DNA of 64,000 nt, taken from assembly GCF_964194155.1 (NCBI RefSeq), contig NC_135901.1, positions 21,142,001 through 21,206,000 on the forward strand. Reading direction: 5' to 3'. A program made the translations under genes and the position numbers. The notes under the pieces are model-generated. The model did no database searches. It saw nothing but the letters and a program-made list of their open reading frames with translations, and had not been told where the DNA came from. The stretch comes from Cetorhinus maximus. Lineage: Eukaryota. This document shows positions 11,012 through 24,208 of the stretch, in pieces; within the stretch, counting starts at the first letter, position 1, and each line of letters begins with the position of its first letter.

Positions 11012-13369
11012 TCATAGAGTCATAGAGGTCTACAGCACAGAAAAAGGCCCTTAGGCCCATCAAGTCTGTGCTGGTCAAACAAGTATCTAACCATTCTCAT
11101 TCCATTTTCCAGCACTAGGCCCATAGTCCTGTATGCCATGGCACTCCAAGCACACATCCAAATACTTCTTAAATGTTACAAGGGTTTCTGCCTCTGCCAC
11201 CCTTTCAGGCAGTGAGTTCCAGATTCCCAACGCCCTCTGGGTGAAAAAGTTCTTCCTCATATCCCCTTTAAACTTCCTGTCCCTTATCATAAACCTATGC
11301 CCCCTGGTTATTGATCCCTCCACCAAGGGGAAAGGTTCCTTCCTGTCTACCCTATCTATGCCCCTCATAATTTTATACACCTCAATCATGTCCTCCCCAA
11401 ATCTCTGCTCCAGGGAAAATAACCCGAGTCTATCCAATCTCTCCTCATAACTAATAACTCTCCAGCCCAGGCAACATCCTGGTAAATCTCCTCTGCACTC
11501 TCTGTCTAGTGCAATCACATCCTTCCTATAATGCAGATTCCAGAATGGCACGCAATACTCTAGCTGTGGTGTAACCAGCATTTTATACAGTTCCAGCAGA
11601 ACATCTCTGCTCTTATATTCTATGCCTCAGCTAATAAAGGCAAGTATCCCATATGCCTTCTTAACCACATTATCTACTTGTCCCGCTATCTTAAGGGACC
11701 CATGGACATGCACACCAAGGTCTCTCTGATCCTCAGTACTTTCCAGGGTCTTACCTGTATTCATTGCGTATTGTTTGTCCTGCCCAAGTGCATCACTTCA
11801 CACTTATCTGGATTAAATTCCGTTTGCCACTGACCAGCCCATCTGACCAACCCGTCTATATCCTCCTGTAATCTAAGGCTATCCTCCTCACTATTTACCA
11901 TCCCATCAATTTTCATGTCATTCACGAGCTTACCCTCCTACAGTCAAGTTTAAATTGTTTATATATACCACACAGCAAGGGAACCAACACTAATCCCTGT
12001 GGAACCTCACTGGACAACAGGCATCCAGTCACAAAAACACCCCTCGACCATCAACCTCTTCTTCCTGCCACTCAGCCAATTCTGGATCCAATTTGCCAAA
12101 TTGCCATGGGCTCTTACCTTTGTTATCAGCCTCCCATGCGGGACCTTATCAAGAGCCTTGCTGAAGTCCAAGTAGACTAAGTCAAATGCATTGCCCTTAT
12201 CTACACACCTGGTCACCTCTTTGAAAAATTCAATCAAATTGGTCAGACATGACCTCCCCTTATCAAAACCATGCCGACTGTCTTTGATTAATCCCTGCCT
12301 CTCCAAGTGTAGATTAATTCTGTCCCTCAGAATTGCTTCCAATAGTTTCCCTACCACTGAGGTTAGACTGATTGGCCTGTAGTTCCCTGGTTTATCCTTT
12401 CCTCCCTTCTTGAATAATGGTACCACATTGACTGTCCTCCAATCGTCTGGCACCTCTCCTGTGGCCAGAGAGGTATTGAAAATTATTGCCAGCGCCCCTG
12501 CTATCTCCTCCCTTGCCTCACTCAACAACCTGGGATACATTTCATCCAGGCCTGGAGATTTATCTACTTTTAAGTCTGCCAGACCACTTAGAACCTCCTC
12601 CCTTTCTATGCTAATTTCTTTAATTATATCACAGTCCTTCTGCCTGATTTCCATACCCATGCCGTCCCTCTCACTTGTGAACACCGACACAAAGTATTCA
12701 TTTAGAGCCCTACCTACGTCTTCCAGCTCCACACACAAATTACCACTATGGTCCTTAATCTTTCCCTAGTTATCTTCTTGCTCTTTAATGTACTTGAAAA
12801 ATAACTTTGGATTTTCCTTTATTTTAGCTGCCAATGTTCTTTTCATGCCACCTTTTTGCTCTCCCAATTTCCTTTCTAAGTTCCCCCGACACATTCTGTA
12901 CTCCTCTAAGGCTTCCGCTGTTTTGAGCCCTCGGTATCTGCCATAAGCCTCCCTTTTTCTCTTTATCCAATCCTGTATGTCCCTCAACATCCAGGGTTCC
13001 CTGGATTTGTTGGTCCCACCCTTTGTCTTTACTTGAATATGTTGGCCCTGTACTCTCCCTAATTCCTCCTTGAATGAGTCCCACTGTTCTGATGCAGATT
13101 TACTTAAAAGTAGCTGTTCCCAGTCCACTCTGGCCAAATCATATCTGATCTTATTTAAGTCGGCATTCCGCCAATTTAGAACTCTGATTTCTGGCCCATC
13201 CTTGTCCTTTTCCATAACAACCTTGAATCTAACAGAGTTATGATCACTATCTGCAAAATGTCCCCCCACTGATACATCTACCACTTGCCTGGCTTCATTT
13301 CCTAAAATTAAGTCCAGGTCTGCCCCCTCTCTTGTAGGACCTTCTATGTACTGGCTTAAAAAGCTCTCA
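11012..13369 (-). mobile_element. CR1-clade LINE, 5'-truncated (end of endonuclease, RT, 3' end)
   Basis: LDLILGN...SDHNSV, KSPGLDEMYPRLL, PGNYRPISLTSVVGKLLE, YLDFSKALDK and LEYCVPFW, with an 8-bp (ctctatga)n tail. Confidence 0.92.
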
Positions 13370-13600
13370 AGTGTGGGTGTTGATGCCAGAGTGTGGGTGT
13401 TGATGCCAGAGTGTGGGTGTATTGAAGCCAGTGTGTGGGTGTTGAAGCCAGAGTGTGGGTGTTGAAGCCAGAGTGTGGGTGTTGAAGCCAGAGTGTGGGT
13501 GTTGAAGCCAGAGTGTGGGTGTTGAAGCCAGTGTGTGGGTATTGAAGCCAAACTGTGGGTGTTGAAGCCAGAATGTGGGGGTTTTGAAGCCAGAGTGTGG
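13370..13600. repeat. 20-bp minisatellite (GTGTGGGTGTTGAAGCCAGA)n, about 11 copies
   Basis: Direct tandem repeats visible in the sequence, abutting the CR1 5' end. Confidence 0.93.
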
Positions 13601-13916
13601 ATCACCTTGAAACCTCTTACTTGTCCAAAAAGAGCCTGTTTGAACCTTTACACAGACATATGGTTTACGTATGGGTCATGAGATTGAATCATATCAGAGT
13701 TAGAAATGTTCCATTTCAGGGCCTGTGCTAGAGACATGTACTTGGCAGAGAGAACAGGTCTGTCCTGTGTTTGTCACCCAGCAAGCTGCTATGGAATCTT
13801 TCTTCATAAGCGAGAGAGAGGGAGGGAGCTAGCTATTCCTATAATGTTCGATAATTTTTTTTACAGATCGCCACACCTTGAGAAGAGAATATCCTTATTG
13901 ATTCTTTACAACTGAT

Positions 13917-14012
13917 TTTGAAGGGTCATGTGGACTCGAAACGTCGACTCTTTTCTTCTCCACCGATGCTGCCAAACCTGCTGAGTTTTTCCAGGTAATT
14001 CTGTTTTTGTTT
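13917..14012 (+). mobile_element. Penelope-like 3' tail element with hammerhead-like core remnant
   Basis: gaagggtcatgtggactcgaaacgtcgactc...gatgctgccaaacctgctgag...gtaattctgtttttg. Confidence 0.65.
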
Positions 14013-14207
14013 CTGACTAACCCAGCTATTCCTAAGCTATTAGCTTGTTTTCCCAATTTCTTAATTACTTACCGTAGATAACATACTAAAGCTACTAGAA
14101 TTATCAGAATCAGCAAACCAAACCGTTGAGCTGCCACCAAGAATAAATATTAAAACCTTTTCCAGTAAATGTGATAACTATTGGCTTCGATTCATCCTCC
14201 CCACCTA

Positions 14208-14548
14208 CAGTGGCATAATGGTATTGTCACTGGACTAATAATCCAGAAACCCAGGGTAATGCTCTGAGCACCGGGTATGAATCCCACCATGGCAGATGGT
14301 GAAATATATATTCAATCAAAAATCTGGCATTAAAAGTCTAATAATGATTGATGTAAAAAAAACCATCTGGTTCACTAATGCTCTTTAGGAAAGGATTATC
14401 TGGTCTGACCTACATGTGTCTCCAGACCCACAGCAATGTGGTGACTGTGAAATGGCCGAGCAAGCCACTCAGTTCTCATCGGCAATTAGGGATGGGCAAT
14501 AAATGCTGGCCGAGCCAGCAATGCCCACATCCCGTGAAGAATTTTTTA
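14208..14548 (+). mobile_element. tRNA-derived SINE with a LINE-derived 3' tail
   Basis: A box tggcataatgg and B-box-like ggtatgaatcc. The tail gggcaataaatgctggc...gcccacatcccgtgaa is shared with the LINEs at 21165, 37676 and 59225. Confidence 0.8.
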
Positions 14549-14564
14549 AAAATTTCTAAATGAT

Positions 14565-15990
14565 TAAGAACATAAGAAATAGGAGCAGGAGTAGGCCATT
14601 CGGCTCCTCAAGCCTGCCCCGCCATTTAATAAGATCACGGCTGATCTGCCCCAGGCCTCAATTCCTCTTTCATGCCAGCTCCTCATAGCTCTCAGCTCCA
14701 CGATGTTTTAAAAATCTATCTACCTCACCTTTAAATACTTTCAGTGATCCAGCCTCCACAACTCTCTGAGGTAGAGAATTCCAGACATTCACTATCCTCT
14801 CAGAGAAGAAATTCCTTCGCATCTCAGTTTTAAATGAGTGTCCCCTTATTCTGTAACTATGTCCCCTAGTTCAAGATTCCCCACTAGTGGAAACGTCTTC
14901 TCGACACCTATCCTGTCAAAACAAAAACAGAATTACCTGGAAAAACTCAGCAGGTCTGGCAGCATCGGCGGAGAAGAAAAGAGTTGATGTCTCGAGTCCT
15001 CATGACCCTTCAACAGAACTGAGTAATATTAGGAGAGGGGTGAAATATAAGCTGGTTTAAGCCCCCTCAGGATCTTGTACATTTCAATAAGATCACCCCT
15101 TAGTCTTCTAAACTCTCATGAATAAAGGCCTAACCTGTTTCGCCGTTCTGGATAAGTCAACCCTCATTCCAGGAATCAGTCCAGTGAATCTCTTTTGAAC
15201 CACCGCCAAGGCCAATATATCCTTTCTTAAATACAGGGACCAAAACTGTACACAGTACTCCAGGTGCGGCCTTGCCAACATCCTGTGCAGTTGGAACAAG
15301 ACTTCCCTATTTTTAAACTCCAACCCCCTAGCAATACAGGCCAAAATTCCATTCGCCTTCTTAATTACTTGCTGCACCTACATGCTAACTTTTTGTGTTT
15401 CATGCACAAAACCACCCAGATCCCTCTGTGCTGTGCTTTTTTGGAGTCTCTCTCTATTTAAATAATAGTCTGCCTTTTGATTTTTCCTACCAAGTGCATG
15501 ACCTCACACTTTCCTACATTAAACTCCATCTGCCAAGTTTTTGCCCACTCACTCAACCTGTCTCTATCCCCTTGCAGATTCTTTATGTCCTCATCACAAC
15601 ATGCCTTCCCACCTATTTTTGTATCATCAGCAAATTTGGATACAATACACCTCCTCCAAGTCATTAATATAGATTGTAAATAATTGAGGCCCTAGAGCTG
15701 AACCTTGTGGCACTCCACTAGTTAAGTCTTTCCAACCTGAAAAAGACCCATTAATCCCAATTCTCTGTCATCTGTGTGTTAACCAATCCTCAATCCATGC
15801 TAATACATTACCCCCAATACCGTGAGCTCTTATCTTGTGCAAGAACCTTTTATGTGGCACCTTACTGAATGCCTTCTGGAAATCCAAACACACCAAGTCT
15901 ACCAGCTCCCCTTTTACAACTCTGCTTGTTAAATCCTTAAAGAACTCTAGCAAATTTGTCAAACATGATTTCCCTTTCACAAAACCATGT
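14565..15990 (-). mobile_element. CR1 LINE 3' fragment interrupted by a Penelope-like tail at ~14918-15060
   Basis: [28 protein letters not shown] and RPHLEYCVQFWS, with a (ttcttatg)n tail. The CR1 sequence cctgtcaa|gccccctcagg is split by the insert. Confidence 0.9.
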
Positions 15991-17509
15991 TCGCATGTCA
16001 TAAATACATATGGTTCAAACAAAAGTTCATGCATGGACTTTAAAGATTCTCCAGCTCTCTGTTCACTGCCATCCACCTTGTGGATATTTTCTAAATCCAT
16101 ATTCTAAATCTGTCTTCACTTTAATTTTACTCCCTCTGATAGATGCCAGTGTGTTTAATTCTATCCTGATTGTTTAAGGTCAGTTTCTCCATGGACTATG
16201 TGTCAATAACTTAATGATTTAAAATGTTGCCTCATACTGACCACATGAATCACATCATGTTGTTCTGTTTGAGTAGCTGAGCATGTCCGGGGTCTGGTCT
16301 TCGCTGCAGGTTCACCATGCATTTTCACACGTTAATTACACCACAATAACATATCACAACTGCACACTCACAGCGTTATCCTAGTATGCCCCATGGACCA
16401 TCTGATACAAGTCACTTTTGGGCTTTCAGGTAATCCTACCAAAAGATTAGGGGGGTGGTCTCTGTCTGAAGATCTTTACTTAACTCGCCCTGCAAGTTCC
16501 AATGCCTCACAAAATGGCCAGACTATCAAATTCAGGTTTTTAAAAAAGTTCAGAGGGAAGAATACATGTATCTCCAAGAGAAAGCTATCAATTTACGAGT
16601 CTCATTTACATGTTCCTGACTTTCACTAGAATGGATATGGATACCAGATTGATCTATTCTATTGAACTATACCCAGGGTGAGTTATTCCAATTCCCATTT
16701 GGTGTTGTGATTTTCTTTATCTTTTATTCTAGCTGGGACATCCCATTAATTACCATTCTATCTCATTCGGGAGCTCTGGAGAAACTTTACTGTCCAATTC
16801 AATATTCACACCATCTGTTATTTGTAGAGCAGAGACACATGTATTTGCATTCAGTATGAAGATAACTCCCATATCTCTCCTCCTCAAGCACCTTGTCTTG
16901 AAAGATAACAAATGGGATGAAACCAAATCTTTAAAAGGCAACGTCTTTAGTTCAAACCGTCAACATGTTGTCAGTGGAGAGGGTTAACTCCTCTGCTTGT
17001 TTTCAAAGGGGTTGGAGCAAACATTCTCAAATTGTGCACAATTATGTTGACTTTACGGAACTTTTCCTTTCAGGTCAAAGACGAACCAAACACCATCTTA
17101 AACTTTGCGATTCCAATTCTGTATTTTTTTTCAGCTTTGCCCAATGTTGCTTCTTTTTTTTTCATTCTCCTTCAGGCACCTTTCCAAATGACTGTAATAA
17201 AACTGAAGAAAAATAAAACAAACAAAATCAGCTTTCACAGGTAAACTTCAACCTCCTTAGACCACAAAAAGTTAAAGAGGATGGAGCTTCCCACAGCTTG
17301 TGATCTCTGAAACATAACTTCAAGGCTAAAGCTGATCTTTGGGGAATCCAATTTTTCGGTGCCTTTGACAATTCTACAAGTCAATTGTAATTCATACTTA
17401 AAGGTTTACTTTCACACAGTATTTACAAGATTTCACTTGTCTCAGCACAGAAGCTGGCAGCATTTTAGATTAACTACCAGTTGAACTTTCTCTTGTAACT
17501 GGCATATGG

Positions 17510-18350
17510 TGATCATGTTCACTGTAGATCTGCCAGCACAGAAACCGCACTGTGCTTCTGGACACACTCAGTCTGCAAGTAGATAAAGTCTTTTAAGCAT
17601 CATCCTGGTGAAGGTCGTTCCTGTGACACTAAGGAGTGAGATGGAACTGTAGTTGTTGCAATCTCTTTCACCACAATTGTTTTTGCATAATATGCTGACT
17701 TTTGAATCATGCATGTCCTGTGGAATTGAGGTCATGAAGGTGTGGCAGTAGATAGGACTTTCCGTGCTTGAGCAGTTCAGCTGTAATTCCATCAATGGCA
17801 ATCAATGGCCTTTTCCAGCTCAAGTGATGAAATTTCCTTGTTCAACTCACCCATGACAAGAAGCTGCTGGAGAGAGTCAAACAGAGACTGGGAGGTGTCT
17901 GTCTCATGGAAGTGCAGCTCACAATTGTGTTCAACCCAGCAGGACTTCTGTCAGTGAGTACTTCACCATCTGCCAATTTCAGGGAGTCAACTTGGGTGAT
18001 GGTCGGACCAAGCGCCCTCTTGATCCCATCATACATAGCACGGAGATTCCACAGGCAGTTTGGGTTTCTTAGTGTGGGCTGATCCAGTGTTTATTTACAC
18101 TGCATCTCCCTGTCTTCTGCACAACCATCTTGGCTACTTTCAAGTTGTGCAGTGTTCTAGCTGTTGGGTTTATGTTGTGCATCAGGTAGGCTTTGCTTTT
18201 TGCTTCAATGACAAATGTCATCTCTGCTGAGTGGGTCTCAAACCAGTCTTTGTTGTGGGTTCCACCTTTACCAAATGTTGCTGCTGCTGTGTCAGAAATG
18301 ATTGAACTCACCGACTTCCAAGCTTCATCAATATCAATGTTGATTGATGA
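17510..18350 (-). mobile_element. RTE-clade LINE internal fragment, degenerate
   Basis: HNKDWFETHSAEM, MYDGIKRALGP and RDCNNYSSISLLSVTG...RLYLLAD. Confidence 0.75.
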
Positions 18351-18791
18351 AGCTTTTATTGATGTGCCTGTAAAATATTTCACTGTTTTGTTTCATGTTC
18401 ATTGATAATTTAATTTCAAAATGGAGGTGCCACTGTGAAGAATGTGGCAATCGGTAAGAATTGTCAGCAAGGATTAATCAGCACTTTCTAATTGGTGATG
18501 TTAATCAGTGGAACCTCTCAGATATTGAATTGTAGATTTTGCACCAAAGATCAATCTAGGATTGCGGCAAAAGTTCCTAATTTTACTGCAAACTAATTCC
18601 TGGTGAGAATTCTTGATTAAGCAGAAATATTGGAGATGGCATTTTTAAAATGAGACATTGTGACATCTCCAGAATATTAAACTGCAGTCAGTTATGGGGT
18701 TAACATCAGCAGAAACAACCCAAATATTGTCAGATTATCAGACCTGGATGTGATTAACAGCAGCAATTACAGCAGAATCCAATCACTGCAG

Positions 18792-19382
18792 TCACTTGTG
18801 AACCCGCTCGTGTCTCAGCAGGTGTTGTGACTGAGTGAATCCCGTCCCACACAAGGAGCAGGTGAACGGTCTGTCCCCAGTGTGAACTCGCTGATGTGTC
18901 AGCAGTTGGGATGACCAACGGAATCCCTTCCCACACATGGAGCAAGTGAACGGCTTCTCCCCAGTGTGAGTGCGTTGGTGTTCATTGAGGTCGATTGACT
19001 GCCGGAAGCTCTTTCCACAGGAAGTACAGCTGAATGGATTCTCCTTCGTGTGCATTCGGTGATGTGACTGCAGGGCGAATACCTGAGTGAATCCCTTCCC
19101 ACACACGAAGCAAGTGAATGGTCTCCCACCCGTGTGAATTCGCTGGTGTTCAGTGAGGATGGATGAAGACTTGAACCTCTCTCCACAGGTTGTGCAGCTG
19201 AATGGCTTCTTCTCAGTGTGAACTCGCTGGTGTGACCGAAGGCCGGATGACTGAGTGAATCCCTTCCCACACACGGAACAGCTGAACGGCTTCTCCCCAG
19301 TGTGAATGCGTCGATGGATTTCCAGCTGAGATGAAGAATTGAATCCTTTACCACAGTCCTCGCATTTCCACGGTTTCTCCAT
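18792..19382 (-). CDS. Tandem C2H2 ZNF gene C: 7 intact fingers, 196 aa, no effector domain visible
   Basis: ATG at 19382 (atcATGG) reads MEKPWKCEDCGKGF... with seven canonical C-x2-C-x12-H-x3-H fingers. Acceptor ttttccag near 19727. Confidence 0.9.
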   Translation of the reverse strand: MEKPWKCEDCGKGFNSSSQLEIHRRIHTGEKPFSCSVCGKGFTQSSGLRSHQRVHTEKKPFSCTTCGERFKSSSILTEHQRIHTGGRPFTCFVCGKGFTQVFALQSHHRMHTKENPFSCTSCGKSFRQSIDLNEHQRTHTGEKPFTCSMCGKGFRWSSQLLTHQRVHTGDRPFTCSLCGTGFTQSQHLLRHERVHK

Positions 19383-20279
19383 GATGTCAGTGTGTTTGTC
19401 TCCCTCCTGGTTGGACAATCAGTTGAAGCTCATCCACGCACAGAACATGTGTATGGTTTCTCCCCACTGTGAACAGTGTAATTTTTTTTCAGGCTGTATA
19501 ACTGGTTAAAGCTCTTTCCACAGTTTGTGCACTGGAACACTCTCACTCGGGTGTGTGTGTGTCTCGGTGCTTTTCCAGTCACGCTGATGTTTGAAATCTT
19601 TTCCCACAGACAGAACAAACAAACATTTCTTCTTCCACATTCAAAGGTGAATTGAGTGACTCTGCCAGATCATGTTGTGATGTTCAGTTTGAGCCTCCTG
19701 TCTGTAAATCCACCCGTTCTAATACCCTGGAAAAGGAGTTTACAAAACTTATCACTGTAAGTGCAGGATAGAAATTCTGAACAGACAATTCTAGTTCCTA
19801 TGGAACCGGCTTTCCTTTTTCCTGCAAAGCCATAAATCCTCATCCCACACACTCTTCCTCCTCCTCGTACTGGAATCCAAACCTCAGAGTGAACAGCCAT
19901 CCCTTAATTTATGGGATTTCCCTGTATTTAAGTCAACTATCCTAGGCCGCATGATGCTGGGCACTGTTTGTCCCCTAAATTGGACCCCTCTCATTGCGCA
20001 GAACCCTGTCCCTTACTGTTTCTGTGTTCCAACAGCTCTGTCATCATCCCACCCAACACCCTCCCACCGACTGAAATGGACTCCCACGGCAGGGTGTCCT
20101 TTAATTTTTGTTGGTCAGCCTGCCAAACTCATCACACCATCTCCAACATTCCTTTCCCCAACTCCCAGTTTTCTCCTTCCCTCCACTCTGGCTAGGTTGA
20201 GTTCTCAAGCCTCTCTGTGCAGAGTGAGAATATAATCAATGAATCAATCATTTTCTCTCCTGGTCACTGGGACCCTGTA

Positions 20280-21010
20280 GCCCCGCCCACTCCCTGTTGC
20301 TTCACCAAGATGGCCGCACAGAAAGTCAGGATTCCAGTGCAGGTTGTTATTGGGGGTTTGGGGCCTGCAGCGGGTGTTTCCGAATCCTCCCCGCCCACCT
20401 CCCAGGGTTTCCTTCCTTCCCACAGATCAGATCCTCATTGATTTGAGCCCAAAGTGTAACCTCTTATTTATTGTCCCCCCTCCCCCATCCTCTGATGTGA
20501 ACCATCCTCCACTCGCTGACCCAGGATGGCGGCCGTTAACCTGGGCCTGGGCCTGTTCCCGGGAGGGAGAAGCCCCGCACTGGTGTTTATGAAGCCTCCC
20601 AACCCACTGCCTCCCTCATGACCCGCCCGGCAGTAATTTACCGGCTGAGAATTTCCACACAACCGCCTCAACTGTCCGCCATCACCCGCACTGTGCATGC
20701 TCCAGTTCACCGGACCTGAGGAGGATTGACGGCAGCTTTGGACCAATAGGAAGAGGGGGCGGGGTTCGAGGACCGAGAAGGAGCGGATGGCCCTTCAACC
20801 AATCGGAGCGAATGAGGGGCGGGGCTGAGCCCGGATCTCCCTCATTGGCTGAAACCTCTGCATCATTTTCAAAACTTTGATTTGTCTCAAACTCCAGGAG
20901 AAAGCTGGACCTTTCTGTTTGTGGCTTTAAACAGATGAAACCCTGTGGGTGTGGAGCAAACATTTCAACATTTGTTAGTGAAATGGATTCATTCAGGACA
21001 GACAGCAGGG
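20280..21010 (-). promoter_or_regulatory. ZNF promoter module for gene C
   Basis: CpG-rich, with YY1-like GATGGCGGCC, CCAAT boxes (~20743, ~20799, ATTGG ~20845) and GGGGCGGGG boxes. Paralog of the 10.3-kb and 61.5-kb modules. Confidence 0.75.
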
Positions 21011-21164
21011 TTGATTTAAAGGAACAACACAGTGGAGTGAGAAAGGATATTCAGTGGCAGGATTGGGGAGCTGGGACTTGTAACTGAGGGTTTGAGAACT
21101 GAAGTAATCTGGAGTAAGAAAGGAGAAAATGACAACAAACTGAATATGTAAATACATGGAGCAC

Positions 21165-21640
21165 CATTACTGGATGTCTGGGCGAGTGCAGACCCAACAG
21201 CGCTCAAGAAGTTCGATACCACCCACTACAAGCAACCCACTTGATTGACAACCCATCCTCAAACATTCACTTCCTCCACCGCTGACGAACAGTAGCAGCA
21301 GTGTGTACCATCTACAAGATGTACTGCAAGCTCACCAAGTCTCCTTAGACAGCACCTTCCAAACCCACGACCAGCACCATCCAGAAGGACATGGGCAGCA
21401 AACACATGGGAACACCTTGACCTGAAAGTTCCCCTCCAAGCCACTCACCATCCTGACTTGGAAATATATCACTGTTCCTTCATTGTTGCTGGGGCAAAAT
21501 CCTGGAACTCCCTTCCTAACAGCACTGTGGACTGCAGAGGTTCAAGAAGGCAGCTCACCATCACCTTCTCAAGGGCAATTAAAGATGGGCAATAAATGCT
21601 GCCCTGGCCAGTGAGGCCCGCATCCAATGAATGAATTTAA
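21165..21640 (+). mobile_element. CR1/L2-group LINE 3' end (partner of the SINE tail)
   Basis: Matches 60380-60878: ...aaaatcctggaactcccttcctaacagcactgtgg...gggcaataaatgct...aatgaatgaa. Confidence 0.8.
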
Positions 21641-24126
21641 ATATAATGTCCCTCATCCCCGATTTTAATCACTCCACCATTGGTGTCCATGCCTTCAGCT
21701 GCCTGGACACTAAACTCTGGAACTTACCTCCCTGAACCTCTCCCCCTTTTCACTTCACTTTCCTCATTTAAGACACTCCTTAACTTCTTTAACTAAGCTT
21801 TTGGTCATCTGACCTAATATGTCCTTATGCTCCTATGAAACTCCTTGGGACATTTTATTATGTTAAAAGCTCAATATAAATATCAACTGTTGCAGTTGTT
21901 GTTGTATCTCAGTCAAACCCGATCACTGACTGAGTGAGTGAATCTATATAAATGTAACTCAGATGGACACAACTTGTTAGAACAGACCTAGGGAGAAGGA
22001 AGCTCTGAACTAACTTCTGGACTTTCTGTTCTCCACAATTGGGAACAGCAAATATGAATTATGCAAATTTTCCTCACTCTAAATTAGCAAGCTTGGATAA
22101 TGTTCCTGCCTGGTTTCACTTGGCATGCATATTAGCAGTTCAGTCAACAACAGAAGTTAATGGGTTTTCGATGCAGATAAACATTGTTGCTCACCACCTC
22201 TAAGATGTCTCATAGTAAAGTGTGCTCCTAAAGACAGATGCAAATGATGCTGTAATTGAACCAGAGGAAATGGCAGAGCTGGTACAGAATCATTCCTTTA
22301 AGTAATCGGTCTTCAGAATAGAGTATCAGGAAAAGCGACCGAGGGAGCCGTGGAAACCGAGGTGCAGTGCAGATCTGCTGGCTTCCCTCCTGTCTTCTAC
22401 ATGGACGCGATTTATGCGCCAGAAAGCTTCTCACCTGGAACAAAGAGGGATCAAATATAATTAACGCATCATTCTCAAAACTGTTCCCAGTAAAGTTCTT
22501 GGATTTTGTTTAAAAGCTAACTGCACTCAATTTCAAATGAGCACCATATGATTTGCATTACCTGGTGACTGGCGCTCTTTTGTCTAACTGTCATCTTTGC
22601 AATTCAATGTTGCTGTATATTTCAGAGAGTTTCAATACAAATGAGGACATCAATATCAGATAAAATATTGATATTAAATAGAGAATATCGGAACAAATAT
22701 TAAGCAAAGTTTGTTGAATTTCGCCCTCCGAGGGTGAGAAGGATGTTCCTAATGATTAAGCAGAAAGCAATGCTGCCTGAGTCATTTGCTGGACGGACAC
22801 TTCTACATTTTGAAATTCAAAACAAGCTGAGGCACCAGGGTGAAACCAACAGTTGTCTCTCTGCCACAAGTGAAATGGCCTCTCAGTCTAACCATTGGGA
22901 TCCTCCAAACATTCTGGTAGCGGAGCACTGCCCTGCTTGCTGCACAAATATTTATTCTGTGTAAGATTTTGTTCCAAGAACAAAAATATTTTAAACAAAA
23001 TAAAGTAAACAAAGTATTGAACATGTGATCTTGGCAGGGCTCTGTTAAACTCTAACAATCATTTTCCTCTGTAATATAGCACCCTCGATTAACGGGTTGT
23101 GGAGCAAAAGTAATAAGATTGTATAAATCAACTCGGAAATAATGAGATGTTTGCCATATGAACATGATATAATTATGCAATTGATCTCATATCGAATTTA
23201 CAAAAGTGTTATTTTTTCTGATCAAAGTATATTTGGAACCCAAGTCTAAATCTTCATGGCATTGGGTCAGGGAAACCCTGCGAATTAAGGCAAACTAGGC
23301 ATAGATTCTGCAGAAACTCCGTTTTCAAAAGGGAATTGGGAAATTAAATGAATAGGAGGAAAAACACAGGTTTTTTGAAAGAGAGAAGGAAATTGCGATT
23401 AATTTGTTTGCTCTTTTAAAAAGGAGACAGAGATCGGATGATGGAAGGGCCTCTTATGCTATTGTATGGATACATGGTGCTATGCCATTTTATGATTACA
23501 TCTCTCTACAGCATTCCTGATAATAGTAGCTGACTTCCATTTCTCCGAAACGGAGACCTAGAGTGCTGCTGCGTAACAGCGCAGTTTAACATTCCAGATA
23601 TGCTCATTGCAGCCAAGGCCTTCACTTGTTTCTGTAGTGCAGTCATTATCACATTTGCCCAGCATGTGTAAAATCTCAGGTTCAAAACTAGCAAGAAGCA
23701 ATATCAAAGTTTGCTTATCTAAGTGTTAGTAAAAGTTGCATCATTCCTGGGACGTGCCTTGCTCTCGCTGTCTGTTTCCATGACATTTGTCCCTCTGTTC
23801 CTTTTTACAAAGTGTGATATTCTGAGAAGCTGTTTTCCCCTGGCTGGAGCGTCTAGAATTGGGCTCACATTCTCCAGATGATGTGTCAGCCATTTAGGAC
23901 TGAGGTGAGTCACTCAAAGGCTGGTGAATCTTTGAAATTTTCTGCCCCAGATGCCTGTGGATGCTCAGTCATCAAGTATTCAAAAGTGAATTGGATAGAT
24001 TCTTGTCCTGTACTTTTAAGTGACAGGGTGACCAGGAGGAAGTGGCACAGACAGGGCCAGATATTCCTTTTCTCTGTAACTATTCTCTGATTTTATACAG
24101 ACATCATTAGAGTCTATGTGTGGACT

Positions 24127-24208
24127 GTAGTAGTGGCTGGCTGGTTACGGTGATGGGTTTAAAATTCATTGGGATTTCCCTACATAGGTTAGAATCATAC
24201 TGATTGTT
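24127..24208 (+). pseudogene. tRNA-Ser pseudogene
   Basis: Colinear over 82 nt with vertebrate tRNA-Ser GTAGTCGTGGCCGAGTGGTTAAGGCGATGGACT..AAATCCATTGGGG..TCCCCGCGCAGGTTCGAATCCTGCCGACTACG. Many C>T/G>A changes disrupt the stems. Confidence 0.7.

Noticed and set aside
12766-13605. 279-aa ORF with a repetitive N-terminus
   Set aside because: Chance fusion of the 20-bp minisatellite with a CR1 ORF2 fragment.
22030-22560. Octamer motifs (ATGCAAAT at ~22041 and ~22238, ATTTGCAT at ~22551) suggesting an snRNA or immunoglobulin promoter
   Set aside because: No recognisable snRNA, V segment or recombination signal nearby.
24127-24208. Functional tRNA with an altered (TAA) anticodon
   Set aside because: The acceptor, anticodon and T stems and the B box carry multiple mismatches, so it is a pseudogene.
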